Shown one piece after another: positions 51,935 through 64,000 of a DNA stretch of 64,000 nucleotides (position 1 is its first letter; each line of letters starts with the position of its first letter). Under the pieces are notes generated by a model. The model ran no database searches. It was not told the origin of the DNA and was given only the letters and a program-made list of their open reading frames with translations. This DNA is from Eledone cirrhosa. Taxonomy: Eukaryota. The stretch covers positions 265,360,001-265,424,000 of the forward strand of contig OZ024740.1 in assembly GCA_964016885.1 (NCBI GenBank). The letters run 5' to 3'. The translations under genes and the position numbers were made by a program.

Positions 51935-54618
51935 TACTGTACGTCTGTATATATATATATGTATGTACGTATACATACTTATATTTAAGTAACAGCCGTA
52001 CTAAGAGTGAGAAATGAAATTTCGATTCAGTTTTTCGTTTAATATAATAAAACAAATATAAGAATGTACCAACACAGCACTCACCGAAAGTTAGTTCACA
52101 AAGCAAAAGAAGCTATATTGGTCAAATCTCAATATGACGATGTAAATTGGAAATATTGGGTTAACCAACGCCCCACACGTACACACACACGCGCGCCCAA
52201 GTAAGTTCAGTGTTCTGCTATACGTCTATAGATCGAATTGTAACATTCATATCTTCAAGTGTATGTTATGGTATATCGAGGGTTACCCCAATGGCCGCAC
52301 GGGGGGTACACCGCCATGGAGACTTGGGACGATTCCGAACACAATTGTGAAACCCCAGGACACCATCGACCCACAGATAATTTCCAGTTACAATAGACCA
52401 GTAACTACTAGGGTGACAGGTAATTCTAATATAGTTAGTAGGAACAAGAGGCATCGGACCAGAAAAGTCCTGTGGTATAATCCCCCTACTCCACTGGCCT
52501 GACCACTAGTATAGCTAAGCTTTTCTTTAGGGCCTTAGACAAATGCTTCCCTAGATCGCACAGATATTATAAAATATTCAATAGAAATACCATCAAGCTG
52601 TCCTACTCCACAACTAGTTACATAGCTCAGAATATAGCTAAGATGAATTATAGTAGACTTAGGACTGCCCATGAGGGAATCAGGCATGGCAGGAACAATG
52701 GCAGCTCTATTGAGGAACTGACTCATACACGTGAGGCGAGTCGGGTCTCCCCAACCCCAGGGAATTTACCCATAGAGCAGACTGGAACTGAGACCCGACC
52801 TCAAAGGCACCGTTGTCCATCTTGAACTACCCAAGTCGATAGCAAAAAATGTAACTGCCGAAGCACTGCCACCTGCCCCATGGCTGGGAAATGCCTTACC
52901 AAAAACATATTCTACGACTGTAAGGTCTTCACACCTGATAGAACCTTTAGGTATGTTGGGGCAACTGCCACGTAATTTAAGGATAGATAGTATAATCACC
53001 GCCATACCTTTAATAGATTATATAAAAAAAATAGCACGGCACTTTCGGAATTAGTCTGGAAGCTTAAACATCAGAATATAGAGCACTCCTTATCCTGGTC
53101 CATAGTTTGCTCAGCCCAACCTTATAACGGCAGCACTGGCGTCTGCAATTTATGTATAGCTGAAACTTTTAATATTATTAGAGGCGGCCCCTTATTAATT
53201 AATAGGAGAGCAGATTTTTTCAGCAACTGCCAACATAGAACCTCGAAAACCTTCCGCAGGACTTTGGAAGGTAACCTACCACTAACGCCTCCCTCTCTAC
53301 TTTAGCCATAGAGTTCTCTCAATAAACAGACAGTCACACACTTAGGTAGTTAGACGGCTAAGATTGTTTGCGCACTTACAAACGATATCCGGCCTGTTTC
53401 CACGGAGTTATCACAGCTGAGTGCTCTTTCTTAGAATACTTAACGAGTAAATAGTTAAATTGATTACACACTTAGTTACGCTCTCTATACATAACTCTAC
53501 ACGCAGTACCCGTTTCCTTTAGACATTGAGCACCCACAATTACGACTGTCACGTTCCTACCGACTGAACACTACACCAGGTTTTGATCCGTGATCATCTA
53601 ACCATGGAGGACTCACTGTTACGGATTGAACAATAATACTGACACACCATTAATGGACCTAGACACATCCTTTGGATTTTACTATCCTGTATTTTCTTAC
53701 TTCACCTTCTGTGTTGGATAACACACCTCCACAACTCAAACAAATATCTTAAAAGCTCATTGGCCCATATGACGGGAAATCGCACTCGAGGACGCATTTA
53801 CCCAATAGCCAACCCTACACGGAGTCCTTTGCTGGCCTACATTGCGATTGCTTGCACGCACGGATTTGGTGACTCGGATTCTCAATGGGACAGCGGTACA
53901 CACTGAGTTCGACATGAGCTGATTGCTTGCTCTTCAGATGGATGTGCATATACCGGAACATACCCTTTTTTGGACGATTCGGATGTGTATATACTATAAC
54001 ATACACTTGAAGATATGGATGTTACAATTCGATCTATACACGTATAGCAGAACACTGAACTGAACTTACTTCTGTGTGTGTGTGGATGGGGGGGGGGGGG
54101 CGTTGGTTAACACAATATTTCCAATTTACATCGGCAAATTGAGATTTGACCAAGATAGCTTCTGTTGCTTTGTGAACTAACTTTCGGTGAGTGCTGTGTT
54201 GGTGCATTCTTATATTTGTTTTATATTTGTTTTCTTATATTTGTTTTTTCTCGGACATCGCTTCGGTGTGTGTGAAAGTGTGTGTGTACCCACCCACACT
54301 ACTTCTACAGGTTTAATATTGTGTTGGTGTGTGTATATATATGTATATATGTTTCTTTGACCTCGAACCGGTGTATGTGAGTGTGGAATGTGTGTGTACC
54401 CACTCACTTCAACTGTGACTGACTGTATCCCTACAGATTTGATTGATGTCCATTGTCTTTTGCAGCGATAGAAATCTGAAAACTTTTATGACCTCAACTG
54501 AAGCTAATAGCAGTCGCCGTGTTTCTGACTCGCGTGTCTTCATATGACGGAATGAATTCTGTGAGAGAACATCGTTATTTCGTCTCCCTCATATCAACAA
54601 TTTGAAGACAATTCATTT

Positions 54619-54692
54619 TCACCTGATGAGATCAGTGATAATCGATCATGGCTTGACAATCGATCTATCTCTTATTGAAACATGTGTCGTGA
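54619..54692 (+). ncRNA. Hammerhead motif at PLE 3' end
   Basis: tcac CTGATGA ... GAAA catgtg TC gtga. Confidence 0.7.
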
Positions 54693-54857
54693 TTAAATGA
54701 TTGTAATTTTATCTTGCCTTCGGATTTTCATTTTGATACTTATACTCCGTATTACATCATCGAATTGGAGATATACAAAAGCGTGGAGAACTTAATATGG
54801 CTAACATAAAGTTATTGGACCATTTTATACAACCAATAATGCACCTTACTATATAAC

Positions 54858-54896
<39 letters not shown>

Positions 54897-54910
54897 CTTA
54901 TACACATATA

Positions 54911-54983
<73 letters not shown>

Positions 54984-54991
54984 GTATATAT

Positions 54992-55082
54992 ATATTGTTA
55001 TACTTTGGGAGAGTCATGTTGCCAATATCGGTTTAAACACACGATTTCAGATAAAGAATCTTGGTAAACAAATTCAGAAACG

Positions 55083-55085
<3 letters not shown>
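54992..55085. mobile_element. Minimal PLE family A remnant made of the two termini only
   Basis: Inverted short terminus joined to the tail cggttt...cagaaacgaaa, with (TA)n on both sides. Confidence 0.7.
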
Positions 55086-55140
<55 letters not shown>

Positions 55141-55158
55141 ATATATATATGTATATAT

Positions 55159-55228
<70 letters not shown>

Positions 55229-55247
55229 ATATATACATATATATATA

Positions 55248-58200
55248 GGGAACTCTGATTAGAGATACCACGTTTGTTGTCTGGCAGCTGCATCTCCAGC
55301 TACGTGTGGAATGCACAGGCAAAGTAGGTTCTCATACACCTCCTAATTCTCTCATGGGCTGGCTCCTTGCACCTCATCAGCTAGCGAACTAAACCACGTA
55401 AGCGGTTGGTGTTTACACGGCACCACCGGGCGGAGAAGCTGCACCTGACAGCTAACGGTCAAGACGGAAAAAGCTCATTAGAACTCAATGGTCACGTGTA
55501 CAGAAGTAAACCTTACAACTCAGGAGTGGGGCCCCGAAGACGGAGCAGTGTGTTGCAAACCCTGTTTCAGGTAGCTCCTGCAGCCGAGCTGAGGTCAAAT
55601 GTCATGCTCCGCATTCCTTTGGATCCCACAGATAAGGCCGAGAGGGCTACTCTGACGATTGGGCAACCCACGATCTCCATACTTTATGCCAGGCTTATGC
55701 CCTGGAGATACCACTTCAACTTCGCTCTCATGCTAGAAAACAATACAGAAGCAGGTAGTTTATGAGTTATAAGTCCCAATCCCAATTGTCATAGTGAAGG
55801 GGTGCGATGCGTCAGTTTCGATGGTGGGAGGGATTATTGTATCCCAATGGACGACAACTCCCCGGGCGGACCCGGTCAGTAAGTTGTCATCCCACCAAGG
55901 ACTGCCTGCTTCAGTGGGTGCCTAGAGCTCCGTTTATTGACATGCACAACAAGCAGACGGGAATTTTGTACCAGACAAAAATAAAATTACACAAAACTAA
56001 GCAAAGAAGACTCCAGCTCTACGCAATGCAAGCTGGAACGTGCGCATGGAGTGCACTGGCATCTTCAATGATCTCAGAGATGTGGACAACACAAGAATAA
56101 CCATCATTGACAGAGAGCTCTCCAGACTCAACATCAGCATAGCTGCCCTTCAGGAAACTAAGCTTGCCTCCACTGGCTCTCTCAGAGAGAAGAACTACAT
56201 ATTCTGGAAGGGTAAAGAATCCGAAGAGCCACACCAGAACGGAGTCGGCTTTGCCATATAAAAACACTCCTGTCTGCTGTCGAGCCTCCCTCGGTGGGTA
56301 ACAGAACCGCTATATTTCAATCGTCTTAGTACTACTGCAGGCCAAGTCAACACTATTAGAGTCTATGCTCCCACCCTCACCACACCAGTACCAGTTCTAC
56401 AGGAAATGTGACGAACTTAGCCACGGATGTCCAGAAGATGAGTCTCTATTCCTGCTGGACGATTTCAACACTAGAGTAGTTTCAGCTCGCGTGTCATGGC
56501 CTATTTGTCTTGGACACCAAAGATCAACGAGAATGGTCAGAGGCTACTGGAAATGTGCACATACCATGACCACATACCATGACCACAACACAAAGTGTCA
56601 CGGAAGCATCCCAGTTCTCATCGCTTGCACCAACTTGACCTGGCCATCACCAGACGCTCAGCTCTCAACAATGTCCTTGTCACCTGAAGCTACCACAGCG
56701 CTGCTTGTGACATCTACCACGCCCTTGTCAGCTGCAAACCGAGCCTATAACCCCTCACACTACTCCGTTGCAAGCAAAAGGGATGCCCTCGTATCAACAC
56801 TGCACAGATATATGTTCCCCTCATGATGGAAGAATATATATCCACCCTGAACCAAGCTTTCCAGGACCTGCCAGATAATGACGCCTCAACGAAATGGGTC
56901 GCTATGAAGGATGCCATTTCCAGTTCAGCCATGTATACATATGGCAAGAAGGAATGAACCAGTCAGAATTGGTTCAGTGCACCAAGGCTGGAACCAGTAA
57001 TAGGGACCAAATTTGAAGCCTTCCTGGTGCACAAAATATGCCCAAATATACAACCCTCACAACCCTTAGAGATGCTCGGAGCACCACTTAACTCATCGCT
57101 AGATAGTGCGAGAATGATTACTGGAGGCAACTTTCCGAGGAAATGCAATGCACTGCCGAGACTATCAACATCCGCGGCATGTACAATGGTCCCACTGTGA
57201 AAGGGAAGCCCCCTTCAGATCTCTAGTGGTGGTGTGTGGGGGGGGGGGGTTAATCAGCGACCGCGTAGGATAGATGCCCCTCGTTTTCTATGGCTTTCTT
57301 TGAAATACCCAATGAAGTCCTCAACGTCCATACCAGATCAGACGAGAAACTATATAATATATCTCGACTGCGCTCGGAGACTAAGGTGAGGAGAGTGCTC
57401 ATCAGCGAGATGCTTTTTTGCTGATGACGCGGCCCTTGTGGATCGCTCTCCTAAGACTGAGTGATCGCTTTGCTGATACTTGCAAGCTGTACAGGCTTAC
57501 TGTAAACATGAAGAGGACCAACATCAGTTAACAGGATGTCAATACAGCCCCCTCAATCAAATTCAAAATCGATAATGTCACTCTTGAAAGCGTGGCCAAA
57601 TTCACCTACCTGGGGTCTACAATCAGCAATACCCTTTCACTCGATGTTGAACTTGACAGGTAGCATGGGACGTCAAATTCCATCATGGCTAAACTGACTA
57701 AGAGTGTGTGGGAGAACAAGGCACTGACAGAAAACATCAAGATCTGAATCTACCAGGCATGTGTTCTTAGAACTTTGTTCTACAGAAGAGTAAACTGGAG
57801 CAGCTATATGACATCAGAAAATTGGCTCAACACCTTCCACATGCACTCTCTCAAACGCATCCTCAGAGTCGCCTGTCAGGACCATAGCCCACACAATAAC
57901 TTCCTACAACGTGCCAGGATTCCCAGCATTTATTCCCTCCTGAGCCAGGGCTGTCTGCGTTGGTTAGGCCATATTTGGCGCATGGAGTATAGGTTGTTGC
58001 CAAAAGAAATCATCTACGGAAAGCTGGCCAATGGCACCAGGCGAGTCACCCATCACTCCGTTTCAGAGACGTATGCAAGAGTGACATGAAAGCCTACAAC
58101 ATCCCTTCTCTCAGATGGAAGGGACAGGCTGGAGACCGCGATGCCTGATGTCAAACTATCCGGAAGAGCATCGCAGATACAGATACGAAGAGAGGTCAAC

Positions 58201-58390
58201 TTGCGATTGAAAATAGGGACCGAACAAGAGCGTTGCAGACGTTACAACATCCCAAGATTCCACAAGTATTTGCACCAAGTGCAACAGACTGTCACTCATG
58301 CATCGGTCTCCACACTTACAGCAGATGGTGCCAGAGACTAGATATAGCTCCAGACACGTTAAACATGGTCTTCCGAGACCGAGATGCCAA
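55248..58390 (+). mobile_element. RTE (BovB-like) LINE, heavily degenerate
   Basis: ELSRLNISIAALQETKL, GVGFA, DFNTRV, FADDAAL, FTYLGS, CLRWLGHIWRM..RLLPKEIIYGKL. 3' end gtcttccgagaccgagatgcc. Confidence 0.88.
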
Positions 58391-58930
58391 TTATATATAT
58401 ATATATATATATATATTAAAATAACAGATTAAAGTTTAAGCAAAATTCGCTGCTTTCACCCTTAACGGGATCTTCTGCAACTAAAGAAAATCAATCTGTG
58501 GATGCAGAAGTAAATATTTCTAAAAACGTTGCAACCGAAGGAAGTCAGGACGACGGTACTTTGGTTCGTGGAGACGTTCCCTGGCAATGAATGGAAACAA
58601 GCGAAGATAATACGTCATTATTTGGAGCGGTGAGATTAATTACACGCAAAGACAAAACTACGTTTATGGTATAAATGAAGTCGTAGATTAAAATTCTATT
58701 TAAGAAACCGAATGATTCTCGGCTTCAGAGTTAAGAATAATGTAAATAAATTGCAGAGGTTATTGAAATCAACAATAATTAAATATAAACATGCACGCAT
58801 CCATAAACGTACATACCTATGCATACTCAAAACATCTTCCATGGGTATGCATATACAAACACGTAGACAAAAACACGCTCGCACATACAAAAACCTGCGC
58901 AACACCAAATACACATAAAAATATATAAAA

Positions 58931-58972
<42 letters not shown>

Positions 58973-58979
58973 ATAAATA

Positions 58980-59051
<72 letters not shown>

Positions 59052-59052
<1 letters not shown>

Positions 59053-59797
59053 TTCGTCTTTGAATTTGTTTTGTAAGATTTCTTATCTGGAGACGTGTGT
59101 TGAAACAGATATTGTTTACTTTGGGATAGTCATGTTGCCAATAAAAATACACACACCTGCTGGTTTTCCCTTCAATTTATAATAAATTTCCGGTTGGTTG
59201 GTTCGATAACCGGGTGGTTATTTATAAAGTCATAGCTCTTTCGTCACACGTCCTGTGACGTCCTCAGTGAATGGGTTTTCATTTTGTGTCTCTCCCTTTT
59301 CTGTCCCGCACCATCCTGTTTTTGTGTGTTGTGTGTTGTGTGCTTGGTTTGTGCATGCGTTACATCGGGGTGTGTGTGTATTTTTTATTTATTCATGTGG
59401 TTATTTCCTTGTCACTAGCTGGTTATTTGTTCTAACTGTGTGTGTCTGATTTGTTTTATTAGTTTGGTTTTTTTGTGTGTATGTCTTCATTTTGTCCTTT
59501 ATTACTAGTTGTGATGTTACTATTCCACTCATTTTTTCTGTTTAATTTTGATTGAGTTAGTTTATGTTTGTCGCCTCTTTAATTTGTTTGAGCATTGCAT
59601 TTTCTATGTGTGTGGATATCATTTTTACCTCTATGTTCTATAATGTGACCCTATGTAACATTTTGGCATGTTTGTGGTGTACTGATGAGTTTTCCCATCT
59701 TGGAGTTCTCACCAGTGTTCACTTATCCTTTCTCTTTGGTACTGGATATTCATTCTCATATCAGTCAATATTATACGGCTCAACAGTTCACATAACA
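59052..59797 (-). mobile_element. PLE family A 3' part; HHR at 59228-59272 (minus)
   Basis: attcaCTGAGGAcgtcacaggacgtgtgacGAAAgagcTAtgact. Homologous to 60640-61326. Confidence 0.8.
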
Positions 59798-59852
59798 TGA
59801 TGTGTGTATGGGTTTGTGTGTGTATGTGTTTGTGTATATATATATATATATG

Positions 59853-59963
<111 letters not shown>

Positions 59964-60092
59964 CGAGTAGGTTTAATAACAAGGAGGAAATGAACTCAAT
60001 GCTAAAGTAGAAAACCTCAATATATTATTTTATAGTTATCATATTACAGAGATTATTCTCTGCTGCTATCCTACATTTTACAGATTGGCGGT

Positions 60093-60125
<33 letters not shown>

Positions 60126-60133
60126 AGAAACAG

Positions 60134-61327
60134 ATGCAAAATACCGACCGCGGTGCCAAGCGAAACCGCTATTCTGCATCTCCCCATGCATTGAGAACTC
60201 CCATGTTTATTCGTCTCACCATTTTTTTTTCTTCTTCACGAAGAGCCAGAACGAAATGGGAAAAAATGGGAAATAATTATACAAATGGGACCTGCCTCTT
60301 GTATAGGAGCAAATTTTGGAATAGAATAGAAGGAACTAGGAATAAGGTTAATAGAATAAACTCATGGTATGATAGCAATAAATACCTGAGTGTAATGTTC
60401 ATCAATACAGCCCCTAGAGGTGAACTAGCTTACAAATTTAGAAGGGCCCTAGATAAACTTAAACTAAATATTAAGATAGTAGAAAGACCAGGTACCTCCA
60501 TAAAAACACTTATTTGTAATATATACCCTTTTCATAGACCTCCCTGTATAGATAAGAAATTCATATTCTGTAAAGTAAGCCCCCATATTAACTGTAAAAC
60601 TAGAAGCATATTATATAGCATAAGATGTACGGAAGAACAATGTAAAGATAAGAATATACTGTACACAGCTGAGACAGCTCGTAGTATAGAACGATTAAAT
60701 GAACACAGCCGAGAACTTCAAGATAGAAAAGAATCATCAGTACTCCACCAACATGATAAAATAGAAGATAAGAGCCAATTAGAGAGCATAGAAATAAAAA
60801 TAAAATCTACACACAGCAAAGACGCAAATCACAGAGGCAATAAACATAAATGAACTCGAACCAAAATTAAATAGAAAACATGAATGGAATAGCAACATCA
60901 CAACTTGCAATTAACGACAAAATGAAAACACACACACATAAAACAAACAACCAACCAGTAACATGTAAATAAACAAATAAAAACACAGACACCCGGATGT
61001 AACACGTGCGCAAACTAAGCACGCAACACACACAAAAACAAGATGGCGTTGGACAGAACAAAGGAGAGGCACAAAACTAAGAAAAGAATCCCCAGTCACG
61101 GAAGAGGTCACAGAATGTGTGACGAAATAACTTTGACAATATATGGTTGTGGAACCAACCAACAACCGGAAATTTATAAATTTTAAAATTTAATTTATAA
61201 TAAATTGGAGTGAAAGCAACTGGTGCGTGTGTTTCGTATTGGCAACATGACCCTCCCAAAGTATAACAATATCGGTTTCAACACACGTTTTCAGATAAAG
61301 AATATTGCTAAACAAATTCAGAAACGT
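60134..61327 (+). mobile_element. PLE family A: Cys-rich linker + GIY-YIG remnant and 3' region; decayed HHR at 61094-61138
   Basis: MFINTAPRGEL, KIVERPGTSIK, CKTRSILYSIRC..C..LYTAETARSIERLNEH, SVLHQH. 3' region shared with the 14850-15360 copy. Confidence 0.85.
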
Positions 61328-61405
61328 AATATTTATATATATTTATATATATATATATATATGTGTGTGTGTATGTATGTATATGAATTTATATATATAT
61401 ATATA

Positions 61406-61859
61406 CATGGAGGAGGTTATAGTTCACTTGAAGCATTGTGTAATGAGGTATAAACGTTTGTATATGTATAATAAAGCCAAAACAATGCAGGTATGGACAT
61501 AGAATAAAGAATGAAAATGCAAAAGATATTGTTGACAATTAGTCTTTTACCTTAGATTTATTTAAATGTCCTTAATTTTCGAGATAGTATCTCTTCTTCA
61601 GAGGGAAGTAAAGCTGTTAATCCAGTATTCTAAATAGCTTGCCAAGGCATGCTGTCAGCATGACATGGCAAGCTATTTAGAACACTGGATTAACAGCTTT
61701 ACTTCCCTCTGAAGAAGAGATACTGTCTCGAAAATTAAGGACATTTAAATAAATCTAAGGTAAAAGACTAATTGTCAACAATATCTTTTGCATTTTCATT
61801 CTTTATTCTATGTCCATACCTGCATTGTTTTGGATTTATTATACATATAAAAACGTTTA
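61406..61859. mobile_element. ~408-bp palindrome (centre ~61655) plus ~45-nt left tail, in (TA)n, with outward HHRs at 61569-61606 (-) and 61704-61741 (+)
   Basis: cct CTGAAGA a gagat-act-gtctc GAA AATT A agg. Arms are nearly identical. Confidence 0.85.
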
Positions 61860-61866
61860 TATATAT

Positions 61867-61916
<50 letters not shown>

Positions 61917-61920
<4 letters not shown>

Positions 61921-62953
61921 TCCTTCCTTTCTCACATTTCAACCAGGTTAGATGGTCTTTTGTCTCTTGTTCACGATTTCACCGAGTTTATATTCATAGA
62001 GATCTGGGACTTGTCTATTTCTTCTCACTTTCCGTTGCTTAAACCATTTTGTTTGTTACCCTAACGTCCCCTTTATTTACGTGTCCCAACGACTTTTTTT
62101 AGCCGTTGTTCGCACCAACCTGAGGCATATGGCCCTTAAAGCGATGAAATGCCTGGGACGGTTGGAGGGTCACTGATGAAGGACTCACTTTTTCATATGC
62201 ACCACCATTTGCAACGCGCAGCCATTATTATCATATTTACACATAATTTTTCTTCTACTGCTACCCGTCCGTTTCGTCCTTTGTACCTTTACCCTTTCTC
62301 GTTCTTTGTACATTTTACCCTTTCTAGCAGTCTCTCTCTCTGTTAGCCTCCTCCTCAACTTTCACTCACTCATTCTCTGTCACTACCTCTCCTCCTCCTC
62401 TTTCCTCCTCCTCCTTCAAGTTTGACCTGTGTGAAATTCTTTTCTCGCGCGTCCTGGTCAAGCTGGTATGGAATTTTTTTTCTCTCTCTCTTTCGTCTGC
62501 GACTTCACAAAACTTATGTTTACCGAATTCGTAGACCAGACCCCTTCTTCTTCTTCTTCTTCTTCTTCTTCTTCTTCTTCTTCTTCTTCTTCTTCTTCTT
62601 CTTCTTCTTCTTCTTCTTTCCCCCCCATTAGACTTGTGCGAAATTCCTTCCTTTCTCACATTTCAACCAGGTTTGATGGTCTTTTGTCTCTTGTTCACGA
62701 TTTCACCGAGTTTATATTCATAGAGATCTGGGACTTGTCTATTTCTTCTCACTTTCCGTTGCCTAAACCATTTTGTTTGTTACCCTAACGTCCCCTTTAT
62801 TTACGTGTCCCAACGACTTTTTTTAGCCGTTGTTCACACCAACCTGAGGCATATGGCCCTTAAAGCGATGAAATGCCTGGGACGGTTGGAGGGTCACTGA
62901 TGAAGGACTCACTTTTTCATATGCACCACCATTTGCAACGCGCAACCATTATT

Positions 62954-62958
<5 letters not shown>
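61917..62958 (+). repeat. Direct duplication of ~317 bp (61917-62233 and 62641-62958) separated by a pyrimidine-rich/(TTC)n spacer
   Basis: Near-identical copies 724 bp apart. Confidence 0.9.
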
Positions 62959-63008
<50 letters not shown>

Positions 63009-63233
63009 TTCGGTTTGTTGGTTCACCACTGGATAGAACTGGTCATTTCGTATGGTCAACCTCGATGGAACATTAGGGATAGCACTCAATATATATAATT
63101 AGCAGATCGAGTTGCCATCACTTTGAAGACGACTGGCCGAGGTGAAGACGGCTAGTTGGTCAGTCGTCTTCTCTCTCTCTGATTTTTCGGACCCATGGTT
63201 TTTACATATACATATTCCTTTGTTATATTTCAA

Positions 63234-63291
63234 ACACCTGATGATATCACCGGATTTATATGGAACCCGGTCATTGAAATGATCATAGTAT
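63234..63291 (+). ncRNA. Type I hammerhead motif in a (TA)n-flanked ~320-bp insert (63010-63331)
   Basis: acac CTGATGA tatcaccgg...ccggtcatt GAA ATGATCAT A gtat, then AATAAA. Palindromic stem III. Confidence 0.75.
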
Positions 63292-63330
63292 AATAAACCT
63301 TTCAAGGATATACACTAGTCCAGCCTCCTG

Positions 63331-63382
<52 letters not shown>

Positions 63383-63806
63383 TAAAAGCATTCACATGCG
63401 GCGAGAAGATAGATGTCTCAATAAATTATATCGACAATTTTATATAAATATATATTTGTTTTTGTGTGCAACCTTTCCTTAACTGCCCAATACTGTCTGA
63501 AGAAGCTGTGCAAGCCTATATTGCGATTACGTAAGCGCATGCAGAAACCACTGAAATACGCAAAATGCGATAAATTGAATTATGCAATAACCCAATCCTG
63601 TCATACTGTTTATTTGTATACGAATATTCCGTTTCGTATTATTCTACGTGATCCTATATCACAGTTGAGTGCATACAATCGACGTGTAGTGCTTACACAT
63701 GTTTACACCGTACTTTACGGATTGAGATGACGCAAACACTACATTAGCAATGAAATACAGGCATATATAAAAACAACTATATTTATGTATGATGCATGTG
63801 TTTGTG

Positions 63807-63885
<79 letters not shown>

Positions 63886-64000
63886 AGAGAGAGGCGGAGA
63901 GAGAGATAGAGAGACAGACAGACAGGCAGAGAGAGAAAGAGAGTCAGAAAGAGAGGGAAAGAGGAGATTGAGAAAGGAGTGAGAGCAGAGAGAAAGGGGA

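Larger units (their letters stand above)
51101..52041. mobile_element. Nested retrozyme-like array of ~432-bp units with a short inverted arm
   Basis: Absent from the mirrored PLE arm (~54207-54250). Tandem repeat with period ~432; 51800-52041 is inverted. Confidence 0.8.
50584..54860 (+). mobile_element. Penelope-like element with a long inverted 3' copy (50584-~52275, interrupted), GIY-YIG remnant ~52276-53290, 3' region and tail
   Basis: RKVLWYNPP, LDKCFP..YKIFNRNTIKLSYS, KCNCRSTATCPMAGKC, YVGAT, CNLCIAE. 50584-51100 and 52040-52275 are the reverse complement of ~53990-54736. Confidence 0.9.

Noticed and set aside
55248-55402. Possible HDV-like ribozyme at the 5' end of the third RTE
   Set aside because: Some hairpins and a CTAA are present, but I could not assemble P1/P3/P1.1 in the right order.
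63490-63570. CTGAAGA followed by two GAAA motifs
   Set aside because: No consistent stem I/II pairing found by eye.

Overview
AT-rich, microsatellite-dense animal genomic DNA, probably a large intron or intergenic region. The SINE family and repeat landscape look like octopus, which is inference. There is no confidently recognisable host gene, and most listed ORFs are microsatellite artefacts. The window is a patchwork of mostly decayed mobile elements: three long RTE-clade LINEs plus fragments, an L1/Tx1-like 3' end, two Helitrons, two tRNA-derived SINE families, tiny Tc1/mariner-like MITEs and several Penelope-like elements (PLEs; RT and GIY-YIG remnants). The main hidden signal is a dense set of minimal type I hammerhead ribozyme (HHR) motifs, about 20 from roughly 10 unrelated sequence families. 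Two of the carriers are non-coding tandem arrays (467-bp and ~432-bp units, retrozyme-like) that share an octamer-containing upstream block. Most carriers are head-to-head fold-back insertions in (TA)n with 3' ends pointing outward, where one arm stops at an internal TA and the other carries an extra unpaired tail. All structures and alignments were read by eye, and element boundaries are approximate.
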